From: Escherichia phage DCP80
Strand: one strand, 5' to 3'
Length of the DNA: 64,000 bases
Sequence record: PQ671644.1
The position numbers and the translations under genes are program-made. The notes beneath the pieces are model-generated. The model did not search any database and was not told where the DNA came from. It saw only the letters and a program-made list of their open reading frames with translations. Shown one piece after another: positions 17,587 through 28,025 of the stretch; the first letter of the stretch is position 1, and each line of letters begins with the position of its first letter.

Positions 17587-19255
17587 CTTTTTTCATCTGG
17601 AGATGTTGCCCGTATGCTTCCGGGTCATGGTCTCGGTGACTGATAATAAAGATGTTGGTGTCTTCCAATTTGTTCAGGATGGTAGCAATTGCTTTAACAC
17701 CCTCTACATCCGTAGCCGAGTCAAAAACTTCGTCCAGAATCAAGGTGTTAATATTAACACCAGATACTTTCGCAGCAATATCACGCCATGTAAACAGCAA
17801 TGCAATATCGATACGAGCTTTTTCACCCTGGCTAAATGATGCATAGCTGAAGTCTTCACGTCCACGAGATTTAATCGTTTCGTTGAACTCTTCATCTAAC
17901 GTAAAACTATAATCAGCTTCCATAACTTTAAGATAAGCGTTTATCTGCTTATTAAAGATAGGAATATATTTCTTAATAATCGCACCCTTGATACCAGAAT
18001 CTTTCAACATATCCGTTAGGATACCACGTTGATATTTTTCCATCACAAGGTCAGATTTCTGTTTGACTATTTTATCAAGCTGGTCTTGAAGCATTTTAAT
18101 GTCTGCAGCATGGTCAATGAATTCTGACTTGGCTTGCTCGATTAATGCTTTAACCTTTTTAGCTTTTTCGACAGTCTGGACTAAGGTTTGTTTCTTGGTT
18201 TGAATGTCTTGAGCTATTGTACGCTGGTTTTGTCTTGCCTTGGTATACGCATCAAATTGCTCCTGAACAGCGTTCTGGCGAGCTTTATGGTTATCAGCTG
18301 ATACATTACATTCTTCAATCTTTGACTCAATCCTGGCGACAATAGGGTCTCCTGGATGCAACTGACTGGCACAAGTCTGACAGCAACCACCTTTCTCGTA
18401 CAGACCAACAACCTTTCGGTAATCGTCTATCTTCGATTTAATCAGGAATGATTCCTGCTTTAACTTCGTGAGTTCATGCTCAGGGTCTTCTCCCAAGATT
18501 ATCTCGGTCAGTCTTGTCGTTGCTTCTTCGATAGTCGTCTTGATTCCACGTGCTTCTGTGGCAAGTTCATCATACATCGTTTGCAGCCGCAACAGATTAT
18601 CACCTGATAATTTTCTTTGGCGGTCTTCGTTGTCCTGATAGATTTTAATCTGTTGAACAATACCATCATGCTGCACATCCATCACCTGGATTTGACTATT
18701 GACTTCGCGGATAAGAGATTTGTTCAGCTTATCCATATCGGCCAGTACAGAAACCTCTAAAAGGTCTTCGACAAGTTTTCTTCTTGCAGGAGTGGATAGG
18801 CCCATAAAAGGGGTATATCCAGCTGTGCCGAGTACGACAATCTGTTTGAAGCTTGCATAGGACATTCCGATAAGCTGTTCAAATTCCGCTTGGAAGTCTT
18901 TACTGCTGGCAGATTCATCAAGACGTTTACCGCCACAAGAGATTTCAAAAACATTGGGTTTTTGCCCGCGTTTGATATAGTATTCTTTTCCATCATATTC
19001 CATCCACAATTCAACGAGCATATCTTTTTTATTGCTCGAGTTAATCAGCTGGCCTTTCTTTACATCACGGAAAGGCTTACCGAACATAGCAAAGGTAACC
19101 GCTTCAAGGAACGTAGATTTCCCCGCGCCGTTCTTACCGGTGACCAGAGTTTTCTGGACTTTATCCAGTTCAACAGTAATCGGTTTGGCGCCAACCGACA
19201 TAATATTTTTATAGATAACTTTCTTAAGCTTAAAAGTCTTCATCGTAATAAGCAT
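17561..19255 (-). CDS. 46: recombination endonuclease subunit gp46 (Rad50/SbcC-like)
   Basis: 564 aa; Walker A GKNGAGKST at N-terminus, coiled-coil middle with CxxC zinc hook, ABC signature and Walker B (LILDE) at C-terminus. Confidence 0.92.
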   Translation of the reverse strand: MLITMKTFKLKKVIYKNIMSVGAKPITVELDKVQKTLVTGKNGAGKSTFLEAVTFAMFGKPFRDVKKGQLINSSNKKDMLVELWMEYDGKEYYIKRGQKPNVFEISCGGKRLDESASSKDFQAEFEQLIGMSYASFKQIVVLGTAGYTPFMGLSTPARRKLVEDLLEVSVLADMDKLNKSLIREVNSQIQVMDVQHDGIVQQIKIYQDNEDRQRKLSGDNLLRLQTMYDELATEARGIKTTIEEATTRLTEIILGEDPEHELTKLKQESFLIKSKIDDYRKVVGLYEKGGCCQTCASQLHPGDPIVARIESKIEECNVSADNHKARQNAVQEQFDAYTKARQNQRTIAQDIQTKKQTLVQTVEKAKKVKALIEQAKSEFIDHAADIKMLQDQLDKIVKQKSDLVMEKYQRGILTDMLKDSGIKGAIIKKYIPIFNKQINAYLKVMEADYSFTLDEEFNETIKSRGREDFSYASFSQGEKARIDIALLFTWRDIAAKVSGVNINTLILDEVFDSATDVEGVKAIATILNKLEDTNIFIISHRDHDPEAYGQHLQMKKVGRFTVME

Positions 19256-19493
19256 CCTTGATACATGATTCAGCCATATGGATTAATGCCTCTGGGGTAT
19301 CATCTTCCATTACATTAAAGCTAAATTCTACGGCCCAATCGGTGACTACATAGACTTTGATAAGTTGACCAGTTTCCCGGTCAGTGATAGCTTCAAACCA
19401 ATACTTAATAGTATTCGGTTGATTATCGTCGTCAACCACATCACATTCGCGGATATGCTCAAGCCCCGCTTCATTAAAATCATAAAGTCTCAT
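19230..19493 (-). CDS. hypothetical protein (87 aa)
   Basis: ORF between 47 and 46, overlapping both ends. Confidence 0.45.
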   Translation of the reverse strand: MRLYDFNEAGLEHIRECDVVDDDNQPNTIKYWFEAITDRETGQLIKVYVVTDWAVEFSFNVMEDDTPEALIHMAESCIKDAYYDEDF

Positions 19494-20285
19494 GGTTGCA
19501 CCTCAAGATATAATTTGTTGGCCAATGCTTTGAGAGCTTTTGATTCTTTCTCATTGGCGTCAGGTAATGCATCGATATATTCTGCCATCATATCTGTTAA
19601 GCGTTTTATGTCTAACTCTTCATCAGAGTCTGACGTATCAACACTGTTATCAACCTTATTGACAACACGCAATTCGTGCACACGCTTTTCTAATTCAGAT
19701 TCGAACTTGGTCAGGTCTTTATCGACTTTTTCTACAATAACACGGACTGATAAGTCTTTGAAGTCGTCGTAGTTAATAGTTTCGTTTGGATAAAAAATCT
19801 TCCGATGCCAGGTGGTTTCATTCGGAATAAATTTCATCTCTTCGGTTTCTGTATCAAATTCCCAGAATCCGCGCGGGTCATTCTCATCACCTGCTGTTAA
19901 TGTCCATGGCGTTCCTATGTACTTAACGTTCGCAGCTTCTGAAATGGTATGGAAGTGCCCAGACCAAACTTGCTTGTACTTCTTAAGGAAATCAGGCTCA
20001 AGTCCGTGGGATTTCAATCCTTTATAGAAATAAAACCCGGTTAATTCCCAGTGACCGATGCAATATTCGGCACCAGAAGTTTTGATGTGTTGATGAATGT
20101 CAGTCGCGTTCTCGTCACACATCCATGGAATCATATCAATCTGACAACCGTCAAAATCAACAGTCGTTGGCTTATCGTAGATTTTAACATGGTCATACTT
20201 ATTCAGGAGTTCAGTGATAGCATTAGGATGAATCTTATTCTTCAGATTCATGTCATGGTTCCCGACTATCGTGTGCATAGTAATT
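19490..20285 (-). CDS. 47: recombination endonuclease subunit gp47 (Mre11/SbcD-like), N-terminal ~75 aa missing at N-run
   Basis: Matches T4 gp47 (HTIVGNHD, FDGC.ID.IPWMC, GHWEL.GFYFYKG, SGHFHT, GTPWTLTAGDENDPRGFW). Confidence 0.9.
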
Positions 20286-20300
20286 NNNNNNNNNNNNNNN
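20286..20300. other. N-run (scaffold junction)
   Basis: 15 n; gp47 N-terminus is replaced by an unrelated holin fragment after the gap. Confidence 0.95.
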
Positions 20301-20383
20301 TTCCCGGTCGCATTATCTTTAAAAATTCTATCAAGAAGTCCAAAAAGTAGGTCTGATAATGAAAATCCTACTTTTGGTTCCAT
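20301..20383 (-). CDS. t: holin t, N-terminal 27 codons (truncated by N-run)
   Basis: MEPKVGFSLSDLLFGLLDRIFKDNATG matches T4 holin N-terminus (..SFSPSDILFGVLDRLFKDNATG); AAGGAG RBS. Confidence 0.75.
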
Positions 20384-20402
20384 ACTTTTCTCCTTTAAAG
20401 AT

Positions 20403-20410
20403 ATTTATAA
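20403..20410 (-). promoter_or_regulatory. late promoter TATAAATA for gene t
   Basis: Exact TATAAATA on the minus strand 20 nt upstream of the t ATG. Confidence 0.6.
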
Positions 20411-20419
20411 TATGGGGTA

Positions 20420-21220
20420 TTATACTCTGCTTCCGTATATCGTACCAACGTTTTGCCAGTTAGGAGCATTACCGGCGACTGCTGCCCCAGCATTACCACC
20501 AGCACCAACTTTAAGCACTTTACCTCCATCATTCCAAGCGTTTTGGCCTTTAGCACCGACATTCCCACCAGCACCTGAATGCGCGTTACCATAATTATAA
20601 CCACCACCTGCTCCGGTAAGAGATGCCGCCCCACCGGAGTATCCTCCGCCACCAGCTGCACCAAATGGTCTACCGCCGCCAGCGCCTATATCTTGCCAGT
20701 TAGCACCTGAATGGGGTCTATACGCGATGCCACCACCACCGCCACCACCACCGGCTATAGCGCCATTATTACGGATACGAAGTTTAGTTCCGGCATTGTT
20801 TTGTATGGCTATTCCGCCGGCCTCACCATTACCATTGCCGTCGCTATGGGTCCAGCCTCCTCGGCCTCCTCGACCATAAACGGTAACACCGCTATTAATA
20901 TTAAGTTGTATATAAGCATTAGGTAAGTTGCTAGGGAATTCCAGACATGGGTTTCCGCGGTTGTTAGATACCAAGTCACCAGTAATTGTAATAACAACAG
21001 GCGCACTGCCTTGTGCTCTCATCCAGTTTATAAGGGTGTTTTTATCATAGTTATGATTAGCCCCTATAGATAAGTAAATTTCTTTTGATTGGTTAGCCAT
21101 CGAACCCATCCAACCCGGGACAGCTACACGAACATCTCGCATTGCTGCATCCATCCAACGTTGGCCAGTTTCGTCAACTGCAGATTGTCCGACCCAACCA
21201 GGTAATCCTACAATTGCCAT
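20420..21220 (-). CDS. 38: gp38 tail-fiber adhesin, T2/T6 type (glycine-rich motifs)
   Basis: 266 aa; conserved N-terminal attachment domain (VG.PGW.G.SAV.ETGQRWM) and C-terminal polyglycine stretches (GGGGGGGG) separating variable segments, as in T2-type gp38 adhesins. Confidence 0.8.
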   Translation of the reverse strand: MAIVGLPGWVGQSAVDETGQRWMDAAMRDVRVAVPGWMGSMANQSKEIYLSIGANHNYDKNTLINWMRAQGSAPVVITITGDLVSNNRGNPCLEFPSNLPNAYIQLNINSGVTVYGRGGRGGWTHSDGNGNGEAGGIAIQNNAGTKLRIRNNGAIAGGGGGGGGIAYRPHSGANWQDIGAGGGRPFGAAGGGGYSGGAASLTGAGGGYNYGNAHSGAGGNVGAKGQNAWNDGGKVLKVGAGGNAGAAVAGNAPNWQNVGTIYGSRV

Positions 21221-21251
21221 AATAAATCCTTAGGGCCCGAAGGCCCTTTTC

Positions 21252-24200
21252 TTAATTTAATTTAGCTTCAAGTTCTCTAACTTTAGCCGACAGGGTTTTA
21301 ACTGCTTCAATTAACAGAGCAACTTGTGCCTGAGTCGAAACTGTCAGAACCATATTTTCCTGCGAATCTAAAGACTCATGCACCGCTTCAGGTAATACTT
21401 CTTTAAGATTCTGAGCAATAACACCTGCTTCAGTTTGAACCGCTTCACCACCGATATATTCAGCTTTATCATAGATTAAACCGTCGAGCTGTTCAACCTT
21501 TTCAAGAGCATTTTCAATAGGCCTGAAGTTTGATTTCAAACGAATGTCAGAACGAATATAAACGTTTGGAGCATTTATATTTTTATATGAGTACAAATCA
21601 CCGTTTTGGAAACGGAAAGTCTGTACGCCATTCGCATATATGTCTAATAATCCATCGCCATTTTGCTTAATACCGGTATCACTATCGCCAATTGTTATAC
21701 TACTTCCACCGAGTGAGTTAGTTGTATTAACACCAAAGGCACTTGTTTGTGGCATCTGTACTTTACCCGGGCAATCTAAAATGCCATCCATTGTAAATCG
21801 CCATCTTGCTTGTTGGCCGTTAGCGTTATCTCCGCGAATACGAATAATACCTTCTCGCCAACCAGCTGTGGTACCAGAGCCGACCCATCCAAATTCAAAG
21901 GTTTGACGATATCCAGAGGAACCATAGTTGCTGTATGCACCTACAATAGGATAATAACTACCTGAATTAGATAAATCACCATGGTCTGCCATAAAGGTGA
22001 TTTTAGATTTCATTGTATCTGAGGTATCTCCCCAACCAGAGGCACCGCGCCAACCTGCAACCACACGAGACGAGATATTGCCTAAACTAGTATTACCACT
22101 GGTGACATTAAGGCCGCCCGCCACGTTCAGACCACCACCAGTAATATTCAGACCACTGCCCATGCCTACACGACCATCAGCCATGTTGATAGAGAAAGGT
22201 CTTAAGCCATTCCACAACCCGTCAGTTGCATTCGGGTTTTCTTCCGTGTTTTTATCCGTAACTAAAATATGAAAATTTTCACCGTCGTTTCTAATCAAAG
22301 CGGCATTAGAACCTATATCATTACCGCTGGATTTGATACGCATACCTTTTTGGTTATTGGTAACGTATTCACCACGTGTAACAATATCCGATTCGCCGGC
22401 AGCAAACATTCCGTCAATGTTGTTCAGCATTCTTACAGATTTACCTACAACATGACCTTCAGGTAATGTTTCTACCAAAGGCTGGACACCGCTATTAATA
22501 CCCACTACGGTTACTTTACTATTGCTACTGCATGTATATTCTACCGCCAAAGAATTAGAATACCCACCTAAGTAAACGTAAATATCATAGGTATCTTCGC
22601 TTGTATTAACAGAAGCAATCTGAGAAATAGCTTCAGAAGTTCTATTCCACAGCGTAGCATTAAGGCCTTTAGGGTTATTATTGCCGGTTCTAAGGACTAT
22701 TTCGGCTATTGAAGCCTGACCATAACTTTTAAAATTAAATCCAGAACCACCTGATATTTTAAAGGATGCTGTACCCGTCGCTTGTGGAATTTCTACAGTA
22801 GCAAATTTATACCAACCTGTAGTAGCGCCGCCAGCCCAACCGCCTGTGTTAACTTTACGGTCTAACGTTGTGTTCAGGTTTTTAAAGTTATCTAATGCAG
22901 TGCTGCCTGTAATATTACCGTCAGGACCAATACGAACATCGGAACCAATTTTAAGTGCCTTGGTTATATCAACAGTATCAGAGTTTAATGCAATACCATG
23001 GGAGTATGTATAGTTATGTAAACGAACAACGTTGCCGCCGTCGCCAATACCGAGATACCATTTTGTAACATCTGCTTTACGTCCTTGGATAAAGTTGGAT
23101 GATGCCTGGGATGAAGCATTTACCACAATGGCATCAGAATCCATATTAACACGCAGTCTACAGTCGGTCTGGACAAATTTACTTACGTTGTCTACTGTAA
23201 AAAGTGGACCATACCCGGCACTTTTATTCCCCATTATAACCGTGCCGGTGGCTAAATTGATAGATAGCGGACGAAGGTCACTTATTCCACCATTTTCTCC
23301 AGCGTTCTGAAGAGTAGGAATAAGATGGAATGAAGCAGAAGAACCTGTTTCTGAACGACGGAAAATCATACCATATTCGGCATTCCAAATTCTTAATGCA
23401 TCAGCGGTACCGCCTATTTTAACTTGACCGTTAAAAGTGGCGCCACCATTTATATTCAATCCGTTTGCTGAAGTGATACTACCTTCCGATGAAATACTAC
23501 CAGCAGTAGTCAATCCACCATTTACACGGAATTGAATAGAACCTACGGTTTGGGAACTTGTGGGAGCAACGCGTTGTGAATAAAAATGCCAACCCTGTCC
23601 ATCGCCTAATTCAAATACAGTTTCTCTGCTTTTATTAGTGTCATCCTCAAATGCGTTACCCCATACTTTCATGGTCACATAGCTTTTGTTCTGACCCGGG
23701 CGGGTGCCTGCGTTCCAAACAATCGTTTTTGTGCCATTGATAGTGGAAGAAGCGCCGAACTTTATACCTTTATTGTTGTTGTTAGTATTAAAAAATAATT
23801 CGTTATCTAATTTAACTGGTTGGGTCGAGGAAACTGTGCCATCGGCTCTAAGATTCAGTTCATTAACCCCGGTTTTAATATTCAAAATACCTGGTTCAAT
23901 AATCATGCCTTCTGCCATAGAAATGGCTACACGACCTGTACCACGGAAATAATGATAAAGTTTACCATTAGAATTATAACCTAAATGGGTTTGGCCATCC
24001 CCAGAGTTATTACCGTCTATTTCGGTTCTAATAGAAACCATAGAAGAGTTCTGGCCAGGCAGAAGCCAAGTAAGACCTTGGTCATTACTACGGCCAAATA
24101 TGGTTTTACTAGTCCCACGGAAGCCGTCGGAAGTAATAGATGCAACGGAATAACCTCCACCAACTAAATCATAAACACCTTGCTTAATATATTTCAGACC

Positions 24201-25004
24201 GGTTACAGTGTCACCGAGAACAAGATACTTATCGCCCATTACACCGACGTTACCATAATCACTAGACGGGAAACCCGTAGTGAATGTACCTAATGCAAGG
24301 CTATTACGGCCTGCCATTCGTCCGTCATTACGAATGCCATATTGTTTAGATGATGGAGTATTACCTGTCCACCATGACATTTCATCAGCTTGACCTGTCT
24401 GGGCGGTGCAAAGCTCATGCCACATAGTGCCACCAGACTTGGCGCGAACTTTACGAAGATAGTTTACACCATTCGTTTCGCCTGTGCCTGGGTATACATA
24501 ATTAACTAATGAATCTGTATCATATACACCAAAGGCTTTGCCACCGTGGATAACTGTATCGACTGCAATGCGTTTAGTTACTAATGAATCTGATGCTAAA
24601 ATACGGTTGGCCTGAAATTCACCACCATTTATAGAACGGAAATAGAATTCACTATTAGCAGTACCTTCTGTCCCCTGTTTAATCCTAATGCGTAATTCAC
24701 CAGCATTTGTAGTTTGAGGACGTGCATATATAACACCGCGTTCACTGCCATCAGCATTTTCAAACCATAAATGGGCATTTGATGTTGTATCGTTTGAAGC
24801 TCTTGAATAAAACGAGCCTTGCAACGCTCTAAAAGTTTGAGCCGAAATACTAGTGCCTGCTGTAATCGACCCGCTTGTAGAAAAGTTTCCAAAATTGTTT
24901 AATGGGCCGTTAATGCGTAAAGTTCCATTAATAGTTACATCCCCGTCAACCTGCCCACCTTTAGCAAAGCCCAAATCAATAATCTGTCCCTGGTCTGACT
25001 TAGT
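21252..25004 (-). CDS. 37: long tail fiber distal subunit gp37, T2-type with C-terminal intramolecular chaperone domain; N-terminal ~40 aa lost in N-run
   Basis: N-terminal region near-identical to T4 gp37 ([24 protein letters not shown]); C-terminus ...[19 protein letters not shown]...[15 protein letters not shown]... resembles self-cleaving intramolecular chaperone domains of tail fibres. Confidence 0.85.
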   Translation of the reverse strand, partial: TKSDQGQIIDLGFAKGGQVDGDVTINGTLRINGPLNNFGNFSTSGSITAGTSISAQTFRALQGSFYSRASNDTTSNAHLWFENADGSERGVIYARPQTTNAGELRIRIKQGTEGTANSEFYFRSINGGEFQANRILASDSLVTKRIAVDTVIHGGKAFGVYDTDSLVNYVYPGTGETNGVNYLRKVRAKSGGTMWHELCTAQTGQADEMSWWTGNTPSSKQYGIRNDGRMAGRNSLALGTFTTGFPSSDYGNVGVMGDKYLVLGDTVTGLKYIKQGVYDLVGGGYSVASITSDGFRGTSKTIFGRSNDQGLTWLLPGQNSSMVSIRTEIDGNNSGDGQTHLGYNSNGKLYHYFRGTGRVAISMAEGMIIEPGILNIKTGVNELNLRADGTVSSTQPVKLDNELFFNTNNNNKGIKFGASSTINGTKTIVWNAGTRPGQNKSYVTMKVWGNAFEDDTNKSRETVFELGDGQGWHFYSQRVAPTSSQTVGSIQFRVNGGLTTAGSISSEGSITSANGLNINGGATFNGQVKIGGTADALRIWNAEYGMIFRRSETGSSASFHLIPTLQNAGENGGISDLRPLSINLATGTVIMGNKSAGYGPLFTVDNVSKFVQTDCRLRVNMDSDAIVVNASSQASSNFIQGRKADVTKWYLGIGDGGNVVRLHNYTYSHGIALNSDTVDITKALKIGSDVRIGPDGNITGSTALDNFKNLNTTLDRKVNTGGWAGGATTGWYKFATVEIPQATGTASFKISGGSGFNFKSYGQASIAEIVLRTGNNNPKGLNATLWNRTSEAISQIASVNTSEDTYDIYVYLGGYSNSLAVEYTCSSNSKVTVVGINSGVQPLVETLPEGHVVGKSVRMLNNIDGMFAAGESDIVTRGEYVTNNQKGMRIKSSGNDIGSNAALIRNDGENFHILVTDKNTEENPNATDGLWNGLRPFSINMADGRVGMGSGLNITGGGLNVAGGLNVTSGNTSLGNISSRVVAGWRGASGWGDTSDTMKSKITFMADHGDLSNSGSYYPIVGAYSNYGSSGYRQTFEFGWVGSGTTAGWREGIIRIRGDNANGQQARWRFTMDGILDCPGKVQMPQTSAFGVNTTNSLGGSSITIGDSDTGIKQNGDGLLDIYANGVQTFRFQNGDLYSYKNINAPNVYIRSDIRLKSNFRPIENALEKVEQLDGLIYDKAEYIGGEAVQTEAGVIAQNLKEVLPEAVHESLDSQENMVLTVSTQAQVALLIEAVKTLSAKVRELEAKLN

Positions 25005-25040
25005 NNNNNNNNNNNNNNNNNNNNNNNNNNNNNNNNNNNN
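25005..25040. other. N-run (scaffold junction)
   Basis: 36 n. Confidence 0.95.
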
Positions 25041-25056
25041 GCGGAAAGGGGGTGTT

Positions 25057-25224
25057 ATGAAAACATTCAAAGATTTTATCAACGAAGATATGGTTGCAGG
25101 TGATGCAGGTGGAAACCCAACTAATATCACAACAGGTACCACTTCCGGGGCAGTTGTCAATAAAGGCCCTGAACAAATCCCATCAAAAAAGCGTAAGAAC
25201 AAAGACGATAAACCTACAGTATAA
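25057..25224 (+). CDS. hypothetical protein (55 aa)
   Basis: ATG at 25057; short ORF upstream of primase followed by a UUCG hairpin at 25228-25241. Confidence 0.4.
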   Translation: MKTFKDFINEDMVAGDAGGNPTNITTGTTSGAVVNKGPEQIPSKKRKNKDDKPTV

Positions 25225-25256
25225 TGGTCCTTCGGGGCCATTGAAATGAGGAAACT

Positions 25257-26285
25257 ATGTCATATATTGATAAAGAATTTGCAGTCAGAGCTTTATCGTA
25301 TCAACCACGTTATAGAGAAGTCACCGGGAGCACATTTAAAGCAAACTGCAGATGTAAAGTTTGTGGCGACTCCCAGAAAGATTCACATAAAGCCAGATTC
25401 TGGGCGTATACTAATCCGGCTGATGGCGCGGTTTACGTGAAATGTTTTAACTGTGACTACTCCACGCATATAAGCAAATACATAAAAGAGTTTGAGCCGG
25501 ATTTGCACCGGGAATATATGGTTGAGAAGTACAAGGAGAACGCCTTCGGGCGACAACGCACTGAAGTTGTCGAAACTCCGAAAGAACCAGAAAAAACTCC
25601 GGTTATCGAACAGCTTGCTTTTTGTGAAAGACTCGATACTTTACCAGAAGCACATCCGATAGTTAAGTATGTAAAAAGTCGATGTATTCCAAGCAATGTT
25701 TGGAACCGGTTATGGTTTACAAACCAATGGCCCGCATTAGTTAACTCCGTCAATCCTGGGACGTATAAGAATGAAACGAATGAACCACGCTTGGTTATTC
25801 CTATCTTCAACGGCAAAAAAGAAATCGAATCTTTCCAAGGACGAGCTCTTCGCAAAGATGCACCACAAAAATATATCACAATCAAAGCTCACCCAGAAGC
25901 TTCCAAAGTCTATGGCGTAGACAAGATTGATGAGCGTAAACGCGTATGGGTAATGGAAGGTCCAATTGATAGTTTGTTTATCCCTAACAGCATTGCGATA
26001 ACTGGTGGCACATTGTCATTGGAAGCAGTTCCTTATGCTGAAACCAGAGTATGGGTAATGGACAACGAGCCAAGACATCCGGATACGATTAAACGTATGA
26101 AGAAGCTCGTTGAAGCTGGCGAAGCTGTTATGTTCTGGGACAATGCACCATGGCATACGAAAGACATAAATGAGATGGTTAAATCAGAAGGGGCAACCCC
26201 TGAACAAATCGAATCATATATGGCCGATAACGTTGCTCAAGGATTGATGGCGAGAATGCGACTTTCGAAGTACGCAAAAGTTTAG
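25257..26285 (+). CDS. 61: DNA primase gp61
   Basis: 342 aa (as T4 gp61); zinc ribbon CxxCGDS...CxNC, LKEFEPDL.REY, EPRLVIPI, FQGRAL.KDAPQKYITI, MAKMRLSKYAK. Confidence 0.93.
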   Translation: MSYIDKEFAVRALSYQPRYREVTGSTFKANCRCKVCGDSQKDSHKARFWAYTNPADGAVYVKCFNCDYSTHISKYIKEFEPDLHREYMVEKYKENAFGRQRTEVVETPKEPEKTPVIEQLAFCERLDTLPEAHPIVKYVKSRCIPSNVWNRLWFTNQWPALVNSVNPGTYKNETNEPRLVIPIFNGKKEIESFQGRALRKDAPQKYITIKAHPEASKVYGVDKIDERKRVWVMEGPIDSLFIPNSIAITGGTLSLEAVPYAETRVWVMDNEPRHPDTIKRMKKLVEAGEAVMFWDNAPWHTKDINEMVKSEGATPEQIESYMADNVAQGLMARMRLSKYAKV

Positions 26286-26393
26286 GAAGGGATTCCGGTA
26301 AAGTAACCGATGATGGAATGAATATGTTCTATTGTGACCTGGGGTAAGTGCACCCCTTGTGTTGCAGCGATAGGCACAACCAGTAAGTTCCAC

Positions 26394-26591
26394 CTATATA
26401 AGGCCGATTAATGCTAGTGAAACATCTACAACTGATTCGAGCGCGACGACTGGCAATATAACACCATGTGCCAATGCAATAGGGGCAACAATGAAATTCC
26501 AGAGTAGAACAAAACAGAGTATCGAAAGGACCAGAATCGTTCGCTTACGACTGCCTTTGATGGCTTGAATTAGACTAGATAGTTTGAGCAT
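26394..26591 (-). CDS. small membrane protein (65 aa), convergent to gene 61
   Basis: AAGGAGG RBS; hydrophobic segments predicted; conserved in duplicate at 59152..59349. Confidence 0.45.
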   Translation of the reverse strand: MLKLSSLIQAIKGSRKRTILVLSILCFVLLWNFIVAPIALAHGVILPVVALESVVDVSLALIGLI

Positions 26592-26613
26592 ACATCCTCC
26601 TTTCTTGTATTTA

Positions 26614-26637
26614 TGCTTTAAACCAATATGATATAAT
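26614..26637 (+). promoter_or_regulatory. middle promoter (MotA box TGCTTTA + -10 TATAAT) for gene 56
   Basis: ATGCTTTA then 11 nt then TATAAT upstream of the gene 56 RBS. Confidence 0.5.
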
Positions 26638-26675
26638 TAACATACAAACAATATGAATTGATAAGGAAAAATATA

Positions 26676-27194
26676 ATGGCTCATTTTAACGAGTGTTCTC
26701 AACTGATTGCTGGTGTTGATAAAGCGCAAGATGCGTATAATGATGTCCTAAAAGGCAATGATGACCCTCTGCAGATTATGCTTGATATGCAGAAATCTTT
26801 GCAGGTTCGTCTGGCTACAGAAAAACCAGAATATAACGCACATCCAGATGAATTGGCAACCGCAGGCGATGTTGTTGCATGGCTTCGTAACCAGAAAGAT
26901 TATGTCGACGACGAATTCCGTGAACTTCTGACTTCGCTCGGTGGCATGTCTAATGGTGAGAAAGCCGCATCCAGTTGCTGGAAGCCGTGGAAAGCGCAAC
27001 ATGCTGAATATCGTAATCGTCGTATTGATGAACTGTCTCCTGAAGACCAGCTCGAAATTAAATTCGAAATGATTGATATTCTGCACTTCGTTCTGAATAT
27101 GTTTCAAGGTCTGGGTCTTTCTGCTGAAGAAATCTTTAAACTGTATTACTTGAAAAATGCCGAGAACTTTGCTCGCCAAGACCGAGGTTATTAA
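26676..27194 (+). CDS. 56: dCTP pyrophosphatase gp56 (MazG-like)
   Basis: Start at MAHFNE (AAGGA RBS); matches T4 gp56 (VDKAQ, DPLQ.MLDMQ, ETAGDVV.W.R.QKD, DDEFRELLTSLG, SPEDQLEIKFE, EEIFKLYYLKN.ENFARQDRGY). Confidence 0.92.
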   Translation: MAHFNECSQLIAGVDKAQDAYNDVLKGNDDPLQIMLDMQKSLQVRLATEKPEYNAHPDELATAGDVVAWLRNQKDYVDDEFRELLTSLGGMSNGEKAASSCWKPWKAQHAEYRNRRIDELSPEDQLEIKFEMIDILHFVLNMFQGLGLSAEEIFKLYYLKNAENFARQDRGY

Positions 27195-27475
27195 TGGCTC
27201 GTTTAAATAAACGTCAACTTAAGAAAGCTCGTAAGAAGCATATTAATGCTATAATTGAAAACGCTAATGTTGAAATCTTTGTAGAACTCTTAGCCAATCA
27301 ACTAAAAAATTTATCTAAACAAGAAATTGATATGAATACTGAAAATGCTAAAAATGTAATCGAAACTCATAATGTTTTTGCTCAAGCTACAGCCGAATAC
27401 ATTGCCAATCCTACTGCTGAAAATCTAGCTAAAATGACTGAAGCCAATAAAGCAGTCCAAGCCGCCAAATTGTAA
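27194..27475 (+). CDS. hypothetical protein (93 aa)
   Basis: ORF overlapping the gene 56 stop (ATG/TAA overlap); helical, basic N-terminus. Confidence 0.5.
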   Translation: MARLNKRQLKKARKKHINAIIENANVEIFVELLANQLKNLSKQEIDMNTENAKNVIETHNVFAQATAEYIANPTAENLAKMTEANKAVQAAKL

Positions 27476-27516
27476 GTTATAAATACACCTGTAATTAAAC
27501 AACAAAGGAGTTTATT

Positions 27517-27750
27517 ATGGGTGGTTTCGTTAATATCAAAACCTTCACGCATCCAGCTGGTGAAGGTAAAGAAGTTAAAGGCGTTGAAGTATCAGTTCCG
27601 TTTGAAATCTATTCGAACGAGCACCGTATTGCTGATGCGCACTATCAGACTTTCCCTTCGGCCGTTGCAGCATATACTACTGTAGTGACTGATGCAGCCG
27701 ATTGGCGAACTAAGAACGCGGCAATGTTTACGCCTACCCCAGTAGTTTAA
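27517..27750 (+). CDS. soc: small outer capsid protein Soc
   Basis: 77 aa; matches T4 Soc (VNIKTF, AHYQTFPS, AAY.TV); AAGGAG RBS. Confidence 0.8.
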   Translation: MGGFVNIKTFTHPAGEGKEVKGVEVSVPFEIYSNEHRIADAHYQTFPSAVAAYTTVVTDAADWRTKNAAMFTPTPVV

Positions 27751-27754
27751 TTAT

Positions 27755-27780
27755 AGGGAACCTTCGGGTTCCCTTTTTTG
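27755..27780 (+). terminator. rho-independent terminator after soc
   Basis: GGGAACC-UUCG-GGUUCCC hairpin followed by UUUUUU. Confidence 0.65.
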
Positions 27781-27827
27781 CTTTTAATAGAGATGGTATA
27801 ATTATTTCAACTACAGAGGAGAATACT

Positions 27828-28025
27828 ATGTTAAACCGTTGGATTAAACCAAATAAAACTTTAGATGAAGTTATTGCCCATGATGTGCATTTTAAGTATG
27901 GTCTGGGTGTGTTTGACGAGGTTGTCGTGCACTCGTTCATGATGCACGATGATGATTCTTTAGAATTCAATATTGAAATCCGTTATGATGATGGTCAAGT
28001 TGAATTTAAACGAGGTTTCCTATGA
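27828..28025 (+). CDS. hypothetical protein (65 aa)
   Basis: ORF with GAGGAG RBS after a -10 TATAAT and CAACTAC leader. Confidence 0.45.
   Translation: MLNRWIKPNKTLDEVIAHDVHFKYGLGVFDEVVVHSFMMHDDDSLEFNIEIRYDDGQVEFKRGFL

Noticed and set aside
20570-20780. GGN-rich repetitive DNA considered as a possible simple repeat or CRISPR-like array
   Set aside because: It is the coding sequence for the polyglycine motifs of the gp38 adhesin; no spacer-repeat periodicity.
21640-24167. Several 60-92-aa plus-strand ORFs within the T2-type gp37 gene
   Set aside because: All are antisense to a 1250-codon gene and Pro/Leu/Ser-rich; no independent start signals.
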